A stretch of 52,004 bases of DNA from Vitrella brassicaformis CCMP3155 (Eukaryota > Protista > Chromerida): NCBI GenBank assembly GCA_001179505.1, contig CDMY01000556.1:1-52004 (forward strand), given 5' to 3'. Position 1 is the stretch's first letter. Each line of letters begins with the position of its first letter. The translations under genes and the position numbers were made by a program. Shown piece after piece: positions 34,457-46,348 of the stretch. The notes below the pieces were generated by a model that was given only the letters and a program-made list of their open reading frames with translations, was not told the origin of the DNA and ran no database searches.

Positions 34457-37400
34457 ATGGCTTGTAAGTCCCCACTGACAGACAGGGAGCCGACATGCAC
34501 GCTTCTTATCGCCGTGCCTTTCTGCTCCTGTCCGTTCTTTCTGTGCCGCTTCTCACTTCTTTTCTGTGTGTGTTGGTTTTGTTGATGTGTGACACCGTGT
34601 GTGTGTGGCAGCGAACATCAAAGTGTATCTGCGTGTGCGTCCGACGGCCAAGCCTGCACCCTCATTCAACACATACGATGATGAGGGCGTTGTCGAGGTG
34701 CGCTCAGACACGCACACACAGGAGGATAGATGGACGGTCTATCTCCCCTGTCTGTCTGTGTGTGCATGGCATGTATGGCTGTGTCAGTTTGACATGCCCC
34801 GTGAGGTGCCTTACGTCAACAACACCCGCTCCAACTTCAGGTTCAAGTTCGACGGCGTCTTCGGCATGAAGGCCACCCAGGAAGAGGTCTTCAAGACACT
34901 CGCCGTGCCTGTCATCGATGACGTACCTTAAACCGCACACAGACGCACGCACACACACACACACAAACACCAGACACGGCACGTGGCTGTGTGTGTGCAG
35001 GTGCTCCAGGGCATCAATGGCACCATATTCGCCTACGGCCAGACGGGGAGCGGCAAGACCTTCACCATCACGGGCGGCTCCGAGCGGTACGTCGACCGTG
35101 GGCTCATCCCGCGGGCGCTGTCGCACCTGTACGGCCTCATGCATCGGCAGAAGGGCGAGACCTCTTACAAGGTCTACATCTCGTACCTGGAGATATACAA
35201 CGACAGGGGCTATGACCTACTGGCCACCAATGTCAAGGAGGCCAGGAAACTCGAGGATTTGCCAAAGGTCAGTTTGGCCGGTCAGTGTGGCCGAGCGAAA
35301 AGGTGCGAGCGATTTATCGGTTGTCTGTCTGTCTGTCTATCTGTCTGTCTGTCTGTCTGTCTGTCCGTGCGCGGGTGCGACGTGCTAGGTGTCTCTGATG
35401 GAAGACGATGAAGGCAACATTCACCTCAGAAACCTCAGCGTCAACAGCGCTCAGAACGAAGAGGAAGCTCTCAACCTGGTCGGCAAAACCCTTCATCCAT
35501 CCATCCATCCATTCCATCTGCCCTTTGCCCCTCCATGCAATGCAATGCAGCTCTTCCTAGGCGACACAAATCGTGTGGTGGCCGAGACGCCCATGAACGA
35601 CGCCTCCACCCGGTCTCACTGCATCTTCATCATATGGGTGGAGAGCCACCAGGCCGGGTCAGACGCCGTCCGACGCGCCAAGTTCCACCTCGTCGACCTG
35701 GCGGGCTCCGAGCGCGTGGCCAAGACCGGCCTCAACCCCGACGAGACGCTCTTCAAAGAGGCATGCAGCATCAACCTCGCCCTGCACTACCTCGAGCAGG
35801 TCTGTTGGTAGTGGTATTGGGAAGGGGGGATTGACATGTCTGTGGTGTGGGTGGGGGATGGATGGGCGCAGGTGATAGTGGCTCTGCATGAGCGTGCCCG
35901 GGGGAACAGGCTTCACGTGCCGTACCGGAACTCGATGATGACGTCTGTGCTGCGGGACTCGCTGGGGGGCAACTGCAAGACCATTATGGTGGGCAACGTG
36001 GCCGTTGATGGGCCTTGTATCGAGGAGACCATTTCCACTTGCAGGTGGGCACACACCGCACACCACACCGAGGGAAAGAAACATGACGCCATGCCGGCCG
36101 GGTCGATGTGTGTGTCCTGTTTGTGTGTGTGTGCCACTAAACCAACAGGTTTGCGCAGGCGGTAGCTCAGGTGGAGAACACGGCCACGATCAACGAAGAG
36201 ACCGACCCCAACCTGGTCAGACAGACCGGCAGCTTAGAGAGCAAATGATATGTATGCGTGTGCGGCCGGCCATTCATTCCATCCATCTCATCTGCACTGC
36301 ACTGTCCCTCCGGCATGCAGATGATCAAGCGCCTAAAACAAGAGATTGAAGAGCTGAAAGAGGAGATCCGCATACTCAAGGTGAAAGCGATGACGAGTGA
36401 GACAGGCACAGCACAGCACAGTGAGTAGTAAGACGTATACGCTTTGTTATGGTGCAGGGTGAGGGCGGCGAGGGATACGACCCGACTGCCCCCCTGACAG
36501 AGCAGGAGATGGCCGACTGCCGCGCCGCAGTGCAGGCCTACATAGAGGCCGACGACCCCTCCGCCAGCATCTCCCTCTCACCTGATCTCAGGAGAACCAA
36601 ACACTACTTCAAACTCATGAGGTGGGTGGCCACACACACAAACACACGAGACACCTCACAAGACACCTGCTTTGTGCCTCTACCTCTCTGTGTGTGTGGC
36701 ACACAGAGAGGAGATCTGGGCGGCGAGGCAGCAACAGCTGCAGAGCAAAGACAGCACCAAACACAGGGACAGGGATGGCGCGAGATGTGTGGTGGCGGCA
36801 TCATCAGCCTCAGCCTCAGCACCAGCATCTCACCATGACAACGACACCGTCCGTCGGCTGCAGATCGAGCTGCAGCAGCGCGACAACGAGCTCGCCATCC
36901 TTATGAACGTCATGAACCAGAAAGGAGGCCTCGCGGGGGTGCAGGGCATTCCCGAGAGGCTGCTAGGGCTCGGCACAAACCCACCCCCACCCCTACCCCC
37001 ACCCACACAGCCGTCGGTAAGTCCCGGGAGACCATGAGACGAGACAGACACGGACACAGCAGCCAACACGCGAGCACCAGAAGTGCCTCCCTGCGTCTCT
37101 CTCTCCCTCTGCAGACCTCTGCGGGGTCTCCCGCGTCGCCATCATCGGCCAGCTGCAGCCCGTCCACAGTCGAGGAGCTGGTCGACCGCAACAGGGCTTT
37201 CGAGGTCTTCAGAAAGAGCGTCAGACGTACTGAGGTAGGTAGGTAGGCACCCACATACCTACCTAACACACGGGCGGGAGTGCTTCTGTGTTTTGTGTGG
37301 TGGGCTTGCAGTCGTTTGAGGAGAACAAGGATCTGCTGCGACAGCTGTACGGCGAGGCCAAGGGGCTGGGGGAGCGGGCCAACGAGGCACGGCAGAAGAT

Positions 37401-38137
37401 CACCGACCTCAAGACCAGGATAGAGAAGGGGCGGGTGCGCAGAGCTATGGAGGCGGCTGAGACACAAAGCTGCTCAGCGGCTTTGGAGGAGCCCACTGCC
37501 GGTCGGCCAGCCAGCCATCTGTACATATAGATGCGCGCAGGACTGTGTGTGTGTGTGGATCCTTTGCTAGATGCCGAGGAGGAGGCATTGCTGACCGAGA
37601 TGGAGCAGCACAAGACCACCTACAAAGACTGCACCGCACAGCTCAGAGAAGTCAAAGGCGAGACAGACACCGACCGACCGACCGACCAGCCCTCACCCCT
37701 CCTACACACACACACATCCATCCCCTGTCTCCCTATCTCTTATCTCTCTCACTCAGGTCACATAGAGCGCATTCAGCAGCTGATGGTGCAGAACAAGGCC
37801 AGGCTCCAGCGCGACTTTGAGAGATGGCTGGAGACATGCAGACGAAAGGGGCCGCCAGCAGCAGCTGCGGCGGCAGCACCCCCCGCCCCACCCCCACCAT
37901 TGCACAGCTCTGGGAGCGATCTGCCGTCCCCCAGTGAGTGCCACCCCAATGGGGTGCCCAAATACACGGGCCACCAGGACACTGATATGGTGAGTAGAGA
38001 GAGCTACTGGGGTGGGTGGGTGCGGTGCACCGTCAGGGAGGGAGGGAGGGATGCATGTGTGTGTTCTGTTGGTTGGTTGGTTGCAGGACATAGCCAAGTT
38101 CTATCAGGCCAGGCTGGCCAAGAGACAAGGGCCGTGA
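34457..38137 (+). CDS. KIF6: Kinesin-9 family motor, KIF6-like
   Basis: Micro-exon ATG GCT T (34457-34463) followed by gtaagt and spliced to [11 protein letters not shown]-loop [10 protein letters not shown] (~35031-35060); switch [13 protein letters not shown]; switch [11 protein letters not shown]; [15 protein letters not shown]; [23 protein letters not shown]; C-terminal DIAKFYQAR; stop at 38135-38137. Confidence 0.88.
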
Positions 38138-39076
38138 GAGAGATGTGTGTGTGTGTGTATGCGTGTGTGTGTGAGGTGTGCGTGTTGATGCGACCTTGCC
38201 ATTGCCCTTGCAATTGTCACTGTCAATTTCGCGCATTTATTGATCGCCATAGAGGCAGGCAGGCAGGCAGGCACACACATCATCGCGCAGCAGGGTGTGG
38301 TGTGTTGTGTCTGTCAATCGGCAAGACTACCACACACACGAAGACACTCATCAGACAGACAACGTAGGCAGGAATTAAACCGTCACCCAAACCAATGCGC
38401 TCATGGCTAAGGAGGGAGGGAGAGAGGGAGGCCAGGGGGGGAAAAAGCCATCCCTTCCTCCACACACACAAATATAGAGCGGGCCCATCAACCAAGCCAT
38501 CACGCCCAAGTGAGATGTCTGTCTGTCGCCCTCCTGTCCGGTCGGCAAGCAACCGGTTGGAGAACTCCCTCATGTCCATCATCGAGGCCACACTGGTCTT
38601 CCGTCTGTTGCTGACGGAAGGCCGCAGTCACCCAGACGACGGCCATGTGTGAGCACTCACAACAGAGCTGCCGGCCCATGTTAATCAGGACTCGAGGCGA
38701 GAGGAGAGACACGAGGAAGACAGAGAGAGAAAGAAAAAGACCGACAGACAGACGGACAGACACAAATACGGAGGGGTGGTAGGTGAGCTTACGCAATTCA
38801 CCATCATAGCCAGAAGAGGGCGGGAAGGGAAAGCCATTAGGTCGGTGCTCTTCCCCCCACCTCGCCTCGCCTCCCCCCCCACCAACAACTCCATCAACTC
38901 CGCCAGACAAACAAAAAAACATAAGAGGGAGAAGAAAGCTGACGGTAACTGACGGAGCCCCCCCCCTCCCCCCGCCGGCCGCCGACCTGTCCGCAAAGCT
39001 AGCGAATTGAGCCGCACAGCCCCTTCCTGCCCCCCTCCTACCCTATCAGTCAGTCATGCCACGTCATGTCGTCTGA

Positions 39077-42000
39077 TCACCAGTCATCCTCCGGATCCTG
39101 CTCCATCTTGACCACTCCGCCGGGACTCCCGCCACCACCACCGCCACCACTGCCGCTGCCACCAGCAGCCTTGGTGTGGGCCCCATCCCCTCCTCCGCCC
39201 CCTGCCCCCGCCCCACCTCCTACGATAGCGTCCAGGCCGGCGTGGCGTGAGAGGTTCTCCAATATTCCCTCGATACTTCCAGCCCCCAAAGTGCCCTCGA
39301 GTGCATCACGCAACGTCGGCTGTTGCCCACCACCCTGTGGTGCAGCGGGAGGAGGGAAGTCTGGGGGAGGGGGTGCGGCAGATGTGATGGATGAGAGAGC
39401 CGACTGGACGGCGGCCTGGTAGTCGGTGTGCGACGGTTGCTGTGGCTGCTGTGGCTGCTGCTGCTGTGGCTGTGGCTGTGGCTGTGGCTGTTGGAGTGAC
39501 GGGATGCGGTCAGCTGGTCTGGGTGGGCTGGGCTTGGCGGAGTGCTCACTCTCGTGGGCATCCACGAACTCCTCGTTCGACGGCTCCTCGCGAGACTGAG
39601 AGAAAGAAATGCAGGGGGGGATGCACACAAGGATGGATGAGTCATGTGTCGATTGCGGTGCGGTGGGATGTGGTGGTGTGGTGGTGTGGGTGTTTTGTGT
39701 TGGTGGAGGTGGAGATGTCGCTCACTCTGCTGTGTTCGTCGCCGTTTCTCTCTCTGGGTGTGGACATGTCGTAGAACTCGGTGTTTGACGGCCGCTTGAG
39801 GTCGCGGTCGCCACCCACCACCTCACCCGACGCAGTGGTCGACGCAGTGCGCTGGTTGCTGACTCACACAGAAAGTGACACACACACACACAGACACCCA
39901 AGACAGAGGCATCCATCCACCTTATATCACACGTCGATCCATCTTGATCGACCGTACCTGATCTCAGCCACGGGTCCCCCACTCTCCTGCTGCGAAAAGC
40001 CGGGCGGCGGCCCCACAGACAGACCGCCGCCCCCCTGGCCACCTTGCCCAGTCCCCCAGCTGCTGCTGCTGGGACAGTCGAGCGACGGCTGTGTGCTGCT
40101 CCTGTGATGGTCGGTGAGGGCCTGGCTGCCAGAGGACGAGCCCATGCCCCAGCCGCCGAAGGAGTTGGCTCGCTGGGGGTCAAATCGAGGGGAGGCCTCC
40201 CACGCGTCGAAGATCTCACTGTCGGTCCACTCGCGGCAGAAGTTGTTGATGCCGGGCTTCCCGGGCCGGCCGGGCTTGCCTGACACACGCACACGAACAA
40301 CGCACAGATATATTGAGACATTGAGACATTGACATTCGTCTGTGGTGGTGGGCTGCTTACCCCCCCGGCCTCTGCCTCGTTCGCCCAGTCTAAACCCGCG
40401 GCCCCGTCCAAAGTCGCCCCTACCACGACCTCTAGCCATGCCGAACCCTCCCCCTCCCCCACCCACAATCCACGAGTCACCACCATACCCACCAAGGCCA
40501 CCACCACCACCACCAGCCCCGCCCCATGACGACGAGTCGCCCCCTCCCCCTCCACCGCCATATGCCGACCCGCCGAACCGTGAGAGGGATCCTCCGATGA
40601 TGTGTGGCAGCTGTGCGGTGGCCTGCTCGCGGTGCGGCTGCTGCTCGCGGTGCGGCTGGTTGGCGGGGCTGCCGTGGCCGCCGACGTCCCACGCGCTCGC
40701 CAGCGAATCGTCTAGCTGCCGGTGGGGCTGCGCCCCGAAGTAGGGGGAGCTCGACTGCTGTGCGCTGCCTGGCGATGCTGCTGGGGATGGGGTCGCCTTG
40801 GGGGCTTCTGTGGAAAAGGGATATCAAGGGGTGGAGAGGGAGAGCTTATCAAGGCAGGTGGCGAAGGTCTGCGGCGTACCTACGACGATTCCGATCTTGG
40901 CTTTGAGCGCGTTGACGAGGCCGACGGGCAGGCCCAGTTGCTTCCACTGGTCCTCTGTCAGCTGGCGAAGCGCATCCGCCCTGATGAATGACACAAACGG
41001 CAAAACCACAGCGGCTGCAACCATGGGGTGGGGGCTGGGCTGCTCTGCTCACGTGTTGAGCCACTGGCTGCTGAGTGTGGTGTAGACCCTCATGGCCTCC
41101 TCCTCAGTGCGGCCGTGAGACAACGCACACTCACGGATCGCCGCATACAACTCCTGCCTGCAGCCATTAACCACAACACACCACAACAACACACTAAATG
41201 ACACACACGCCCCTCGCCCTTCTGTATCATCCTGTGCCGTGTTGACTCACTGCTCTCGGTCCTTAGGGACGTCATACTGTTGCGGCTGTGGCTGCTGTGC
41301 CTGTGCCTGTGGCGGTGCCTGTGCCTGTGGCTGGGCAGCCATCATGCCCCCTCTCTCCGCCCCTGCCGCCATCCCCACCTGCTGCTGCTGCTGCGGCACC
41401 TGCTGGGGCGGCTGGGCGGCAGCTTGCTGCTGCTGCTGCTGGCCGCCATAGTAGGGGTATCCCGACACAGACATTACTCGCTGCTGCTTGGCCACGGGAG
41501 CAGCCTGCACCTGCTGCTGCGGCATGGTGGGCGATGTCCGCTGAGCCGGGGGCGGCTGGCGCGGCATGGACTGATAGAGCGGCTGTTGCTGTTGTTGTGT
41601 CTGCTGCTGTTGTGAGGGTGCCTGCGATGGGGGCGGCATGGCGGGGGCGGGTGAAGGGCGGGGGGCAGGGGCGGCGCCTGTCGCGCTCAACAGCTTCAGC
41701 ACCTCTGCACACACGAGAAATCAAGAAGGAAAGGAAAAGGGCAGAGATACGACGTAGATGGACGTGTAAGAGCGATTGATGCTCTCCTTCAGCTGGCTTA
41801 CGGCTGATTTCCGAGCCTTGCAGCGATCCGAGTGACCCGAGCAGCTGCCTGGCGGCCTCGTCGTTGCCCTGGTGCCCGCCTCCGTCCAACTGAAGGGCCG
41901 TGAACAAGGCCTCCATACCCTGAGTGTTGGCAGATGCCAACAAACACCCCACCCCGCAGCACAACACCATCAGGAAGGCAAGAATTGTGAGCTCCTATCT

Positions 42001-42242
42001 CCTCATTCATTGGCCTGGCCTCTCTGCTGACTGACCAAAGGGCATACCTGGTCGCCCGTCGGTTGCTGCTGTCCGTGCCTCTCGTCACCGAAGAAGGGCT
42101 GGCGTGCCGGGGACCCCGTCGCCGGTGGCTGCCCTGGCCCTCCGCTAACCTGACGCTGCGGGTGCTGCTGCTGCTGCTGCTGGTGGTGGGGCGGGTTGAA
42201 CGGCTCCGCACCCGCACGCAGATGCCCCGACTGCTGCTGCAT
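39077..42242 (-). CDS. Q/P/G-rich putative RNA-granule protein: N-terminal PAM2 motif, SAM-like domain, RGG box
   Basis: MQQQSGHLRAGAEPFNP (PAM2-like, 42192-42227); poly-Q tracts; spliced QWLNTADALRQLTEDQWKQLGLPVGLVNALK (SAM-like, ~41140-40890); GRGRGRGDFGRGRGF (~40370-40440); C-terminus ...MEQDPEDDW*. Internal junctions were only partly traced. Confidence 0.7.
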
Positions 42243-42643
42243 CGCTATCGCTGTGGTCCACTCCACTATACTATACTCCACTTTTGTGTCTCGGCTGGCA
42301 CACGATTGGAAGGTGGCTGCTGAGCAACGGGTAAGCGGAGGAACGTGCAACACTCCTGTGGTGTGCTGTGCCGCGGCGAGGCTCCAACCTTGCTGCTGGA
42401 GAGGGGATCTCCACTAACAGATGGCAAGAGGAAATGGCGATCGCCAAAAGCGCTGCGCCTGACCTGAGCCGGCTGCCAGCCGTCCGACAGCTACGCTGTG
42501 CAGCAATCAAAACTCCGTTGCGAGCTTATTAGCGAGCTTTTGGAGTACGAAACGGATGGCGCCTGCAGGGATGATGATGGCTACAAGGAGAGAGCTTCCC
42601 TGGAGATTGCCGCATCATCGTTTTTCTGAGGCCATCCCCGCTG

Positions 42644-43827
42644 ATGGATGATCTGCTTGGCTTCGACCTCCTCGAGGATGACCACCATGAGGATGGTTAT
42701 GATTATGAGTATGAGCATCAGCCGGACACCGCCCTCTCTCTCAACCATCGGCTGCAAGATGAGCTCCTGGCCTTCAAGGACGCCATCAGCGAGCAAATCG
42801 CCCAGAACGAGGCTACTCAGCGGCGCCTGCAGCAGTGGCTCGTCGCAGCCAAGGAGAACGAACGGAAGCGAAGGCATCCAGGCCGATATGTCCCTCCCGA
42901 CTCACTGCTCAGCTCGATAGCGCGTGACGGCTCGGCTCTCCCGACCAACCCCGATGCAGTTGCCAAGCGGCAGCTCAAGGAGGGCATCCCCGTGAACCCG
43001 AGAGCTGGTGGCGGGCCGGCGGTCTGGACGACGGTCGAGAAGACGGTCTTGCGGAAGATCATCGTGAGCCAGCTCAAGGCGCAGGTGCTGCAGGAGGCCA
43101 TCGACAGGGAGCAAGCCACCATCCCCAAGCCGGTCATCCCGCTCGGCACACCCGCGCCCGCGGCGTCCTCTCTGTCAGCCGCCCTCAAGAGCTACCAGGA
43201 CCGGGTCAACGGGATGGACCTGCCGGCCCTTCTGCAGGAGCTGCGCGGCCCAATCGACTGGGCTCAGATCGCTTCTCGGTACCTCTTCCGGATCGACGCT
43301 GGATGGGAGCAGGAGAAAGCTGAGCAGAAGGAGGCGTACGAGCAGTATCTCAAGAAACGCGGGTCGTCTTCTCGCGGCCGCAGGCGGAAGCAGAAGGAGA
43401 ATGACTGTGAGGGGTCTGACGGTGAGGGGGCTGAGGAGGAGAACGACGAGGCGGGTGGTGTGGGTGGTGGTGTGAATGGGGAGGCCTATGGCGAGAATTT
43501 CCTGAAGGGCAAGCGTCCGCCGACTCGGAGGGAGGAGGACTGCCAGCAGTGCTTTGAGCACTTCCTCGACCCGGACGTGGTGCGCACCAAGTGGACGGGA
43601 GCCGAGGACAAGAAGCTCCTGGAGCTCGCCACACACTACAAAGGGTGCAGACGCAGCCAGCACACACACACAGAGGGGGCAGGGGGGAGCTCCGTGTGTT
43701 GAAATGGTGCGGTGTGGTGTGGTGTTGTTCGTAGTCATTATTGGGATGAGGTGGCCCGTGAGCTAGGCACCGGCCGAACCGAGTACCAATGCCTCGTCAG
43801 ATACCAACGAAGCCTCAACAGAAGTAA

Positions 43828-43861
<34 letters not shown>

Positions 43862-45917
43862 GCTCTCTGAGATCCGTGTGTCTGCCTGTGGTGCGCGTCC
43901 TGTGTGTGGTGTGTCCATGTGTGTGTGTGTGTGTGTGTGTGCAGATTTAGTGAATCGTCCGTGGACCGAGGCCGAGGACGAGCATCTGAAGGAGCTGGTG
44001 GCCACCTACGGCGACAGCAACTGGCAGACCGTGGCCAACCTGCTGTCCAACAGGACACGAGAGCAGTGCATGGCCAGATACAACAAGACGCTGCGGGTCA
44101 GGGCGGCAGGGATGGAGGGAGATACACCACCCACACATGTGAGTGTGTGTGTGTGTGTGTGTGCAGCCTGGTCTGAGGGGCGGCAATTGGAGCGCCGCTG
44201 AGGACCTGAAGCTGCAGCTGTTGGTGGAGGTCTACGGTCGAGGCAGCTGGTCCAAAATCGCCGCCCACATGCCAAACAGAAACGACCAAAAGTGCCGCGA
44301 AAGGTCACCCACCCCAGCGCCTCACCACATCCCATCGGCATTACGTGCTGTGCTGTGTTGTGTTGTGTTGTGTTGGGTAAGGTATGAGAACCTGTTGGCC
44401 CCGGAGAAGAAGAAGAGCCCCTGGTCGGCACAGGAGGTCACAAAGCTCCTCGACGCGGTGGCGAACCACGGCCCCGGCAGCTGGAGCAAGATCAAGGTGC
44501 GTTGCCACTCACTTAGCCCCACAGGCACAGGCACATCGACGGGGTGCTGTGTGTTGTGTGTTGTGTGTTGTGTGTCGTGTAGGCTCATGTGCCAGGCCGG
44601 ACGGACGCCGAGTGCCGCATCAAGTGGGAGACGGTGGTCGACATCAAGGACTACGACAAGTACTACGAGCTCCACCAGAGGAAGAAGGTGCTGCTCGCCA
44701 GAGGCCAAAAGTAAGCGGCCGTTAACGGCATACACCACACACGCACATCCATCCATCCATCCATCGATGCGCGTATGCAGGCCCGCCGACCGCCCCCAGC
44801 TGGCCGTCACCGACCTGGAGACCGACCGGAAGGCCCTGAGGAAGGCCTTCAAGCAGGTGACCAACGTCAAGGACTTCGCCGACGACATCAAGCGGCGGAG
44901 GGACCTGAAACGCGACAGGGAGCAGGCGGGCCTGTCAGAAGGTGACGAGCAACACGAAGAGGAGGGTGAGAAAGAGGGCGACGAGGAGCAAGTCATCCTG
45001 GAAAAGGCCAAACAGACTGCAGAGTAAGCGACCTGACGACAAGAGAAGACACCGAGGGCACCGAGGCTTCGCGCTTGTGGATGTGTGTGGGTGTGTCCAG
45101 GTCTCTGCGTCACAAGACGTTGGCCCGGACTCTGGGCGACCACTACCGCGACCGCCGGAGCCAGAGCAAGAAGCTGCGGCTGGTGCTGCCCGCCCTCAAA
45201 GTAAACCCCAGCACACACAGCCAACAAAACAGACAATAATAAGAGGACACGCCACGTCGATCATACCGGGGTGGGTTGGTTGGGTTGGCTCGTTGCTATG
45301 TCCGTTCTCTATCCTCGATCAAGGGCCCCTCTACCATGCAAGTCCGGGCTATCATCGACAAGAGACGCAACAAAGAAGACGGCGACGATGACGACGAGGA
45401 GGATGCCGACACGGACAGATCACCGACCACCCCCTCCCCCCTCCCCCGCATCGGCCTCAAGGCCAACCCATTCGCCGTGGACATCACGCGGCAGGCTCTC
45501 ATCGAAGGCGCCCGAGCAGCCAAGGCCCTAGCGGCAGCTCAACCAACGGCCAAGGACGAGAAGGCCGAGCCGCCAGGGCGAGCGCCGCCAGCCATTCTCC
45601 GTCCCCCTTCCCCTCCCCTCTCCCCCTCTTCCCCCTCTCCACCGCGGCTGTGCAACATGCCCCCCTCCGCTCTGGACACAGCCGCATCCTCTCAGTCGAA
45701 TGCGGGCCGGCGTGTGCATCCCAGGTGTCTGGCTGTCAAGAACGAGGTCAAGATAGAGCGCCGGATGACCCGGAACTTGGCCAAGGCTATCAAGGCTGAG
45801 AGGGAGGCCCAGGAACACCGGCAGCAGAAGTGGCAGCTGCTGGTGGAAAGCCAGCAGTGGGGGAACGCCAGTGGTGCTGTGCCGTTTGTGTCGTCCTCTG
45901 TGCCTGTGACTGAGTGA
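42644..45917 (+). CDS. SNAPC4: snRNA-activating protein complex subunit 4 (SNAP190)-like multi-Myb protein
   Basis: N-terminal coiled coil ALSLNHRLQDEL, then LPTNPD. Half/split Myb (WTTVE...DWAQIA) followed by four Myb repeats: KWTGAEDKKL..WDEVA..GRTEYQC; PWTEAED..NWQTVA..RTREQC; NWSAAED..SWSKIA..NRNDQKCRER; PWSAQE..SWSKIK..GRTDAECRIKW. Confidence 0.78.
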
Positions 45918-46348
45918 GTGAATGTGTGAGCTACTGACAGGATGCGGTGCAGTCTGTAAGGCATGCACATTGTGATTGACGACAGCCAGGCGATTGAGCA
46001 GGCTGCTGATGCATGTCCATCAAGCGTTTTCGACAAATAGTGATTACCAGCTGGCCATTGGTGTGAGCGAATCTGTTCATTGAAGAACACACGACGCGAC
46101 GCAGAGGCATCTAGACTTAAAGTTACATGTCAATCTCAGACCTATCATCGTATTCCGTTCACAGCAGGCCAGGCCATACGACCCATGAATGGATAGACAC
46201 ACACAGACCTTCATCCATCTGCTCATCGCCGCACCGGCATGCATCCCCTTTCTCAACCAAAAGCTGTTCATCGGGCATCTCAAGCGTCGAATCCATGAGA
46301 TGTCGCGCGACATCGAATTGGCATCGCACTGCTCACCACACACCGATC

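Noticed and set aside
34324-34500. Longer N-terminus for the SPOUT protein (starts at 34458 or 34500)
   Set aside because: It would overlap the kinesin first exon and intron. The 34323 start gives a more presequence-like N-terminus, but this is not proven.
38140-39070. Several 85-140 aa ORFs between KIF6 and the PAM2 gene
   Set aside because: Microsatellite- and homopolymer-rich convergent UTR sequence with no protein-like content. The same applies to most antisense ORFs in this GC-rich window.
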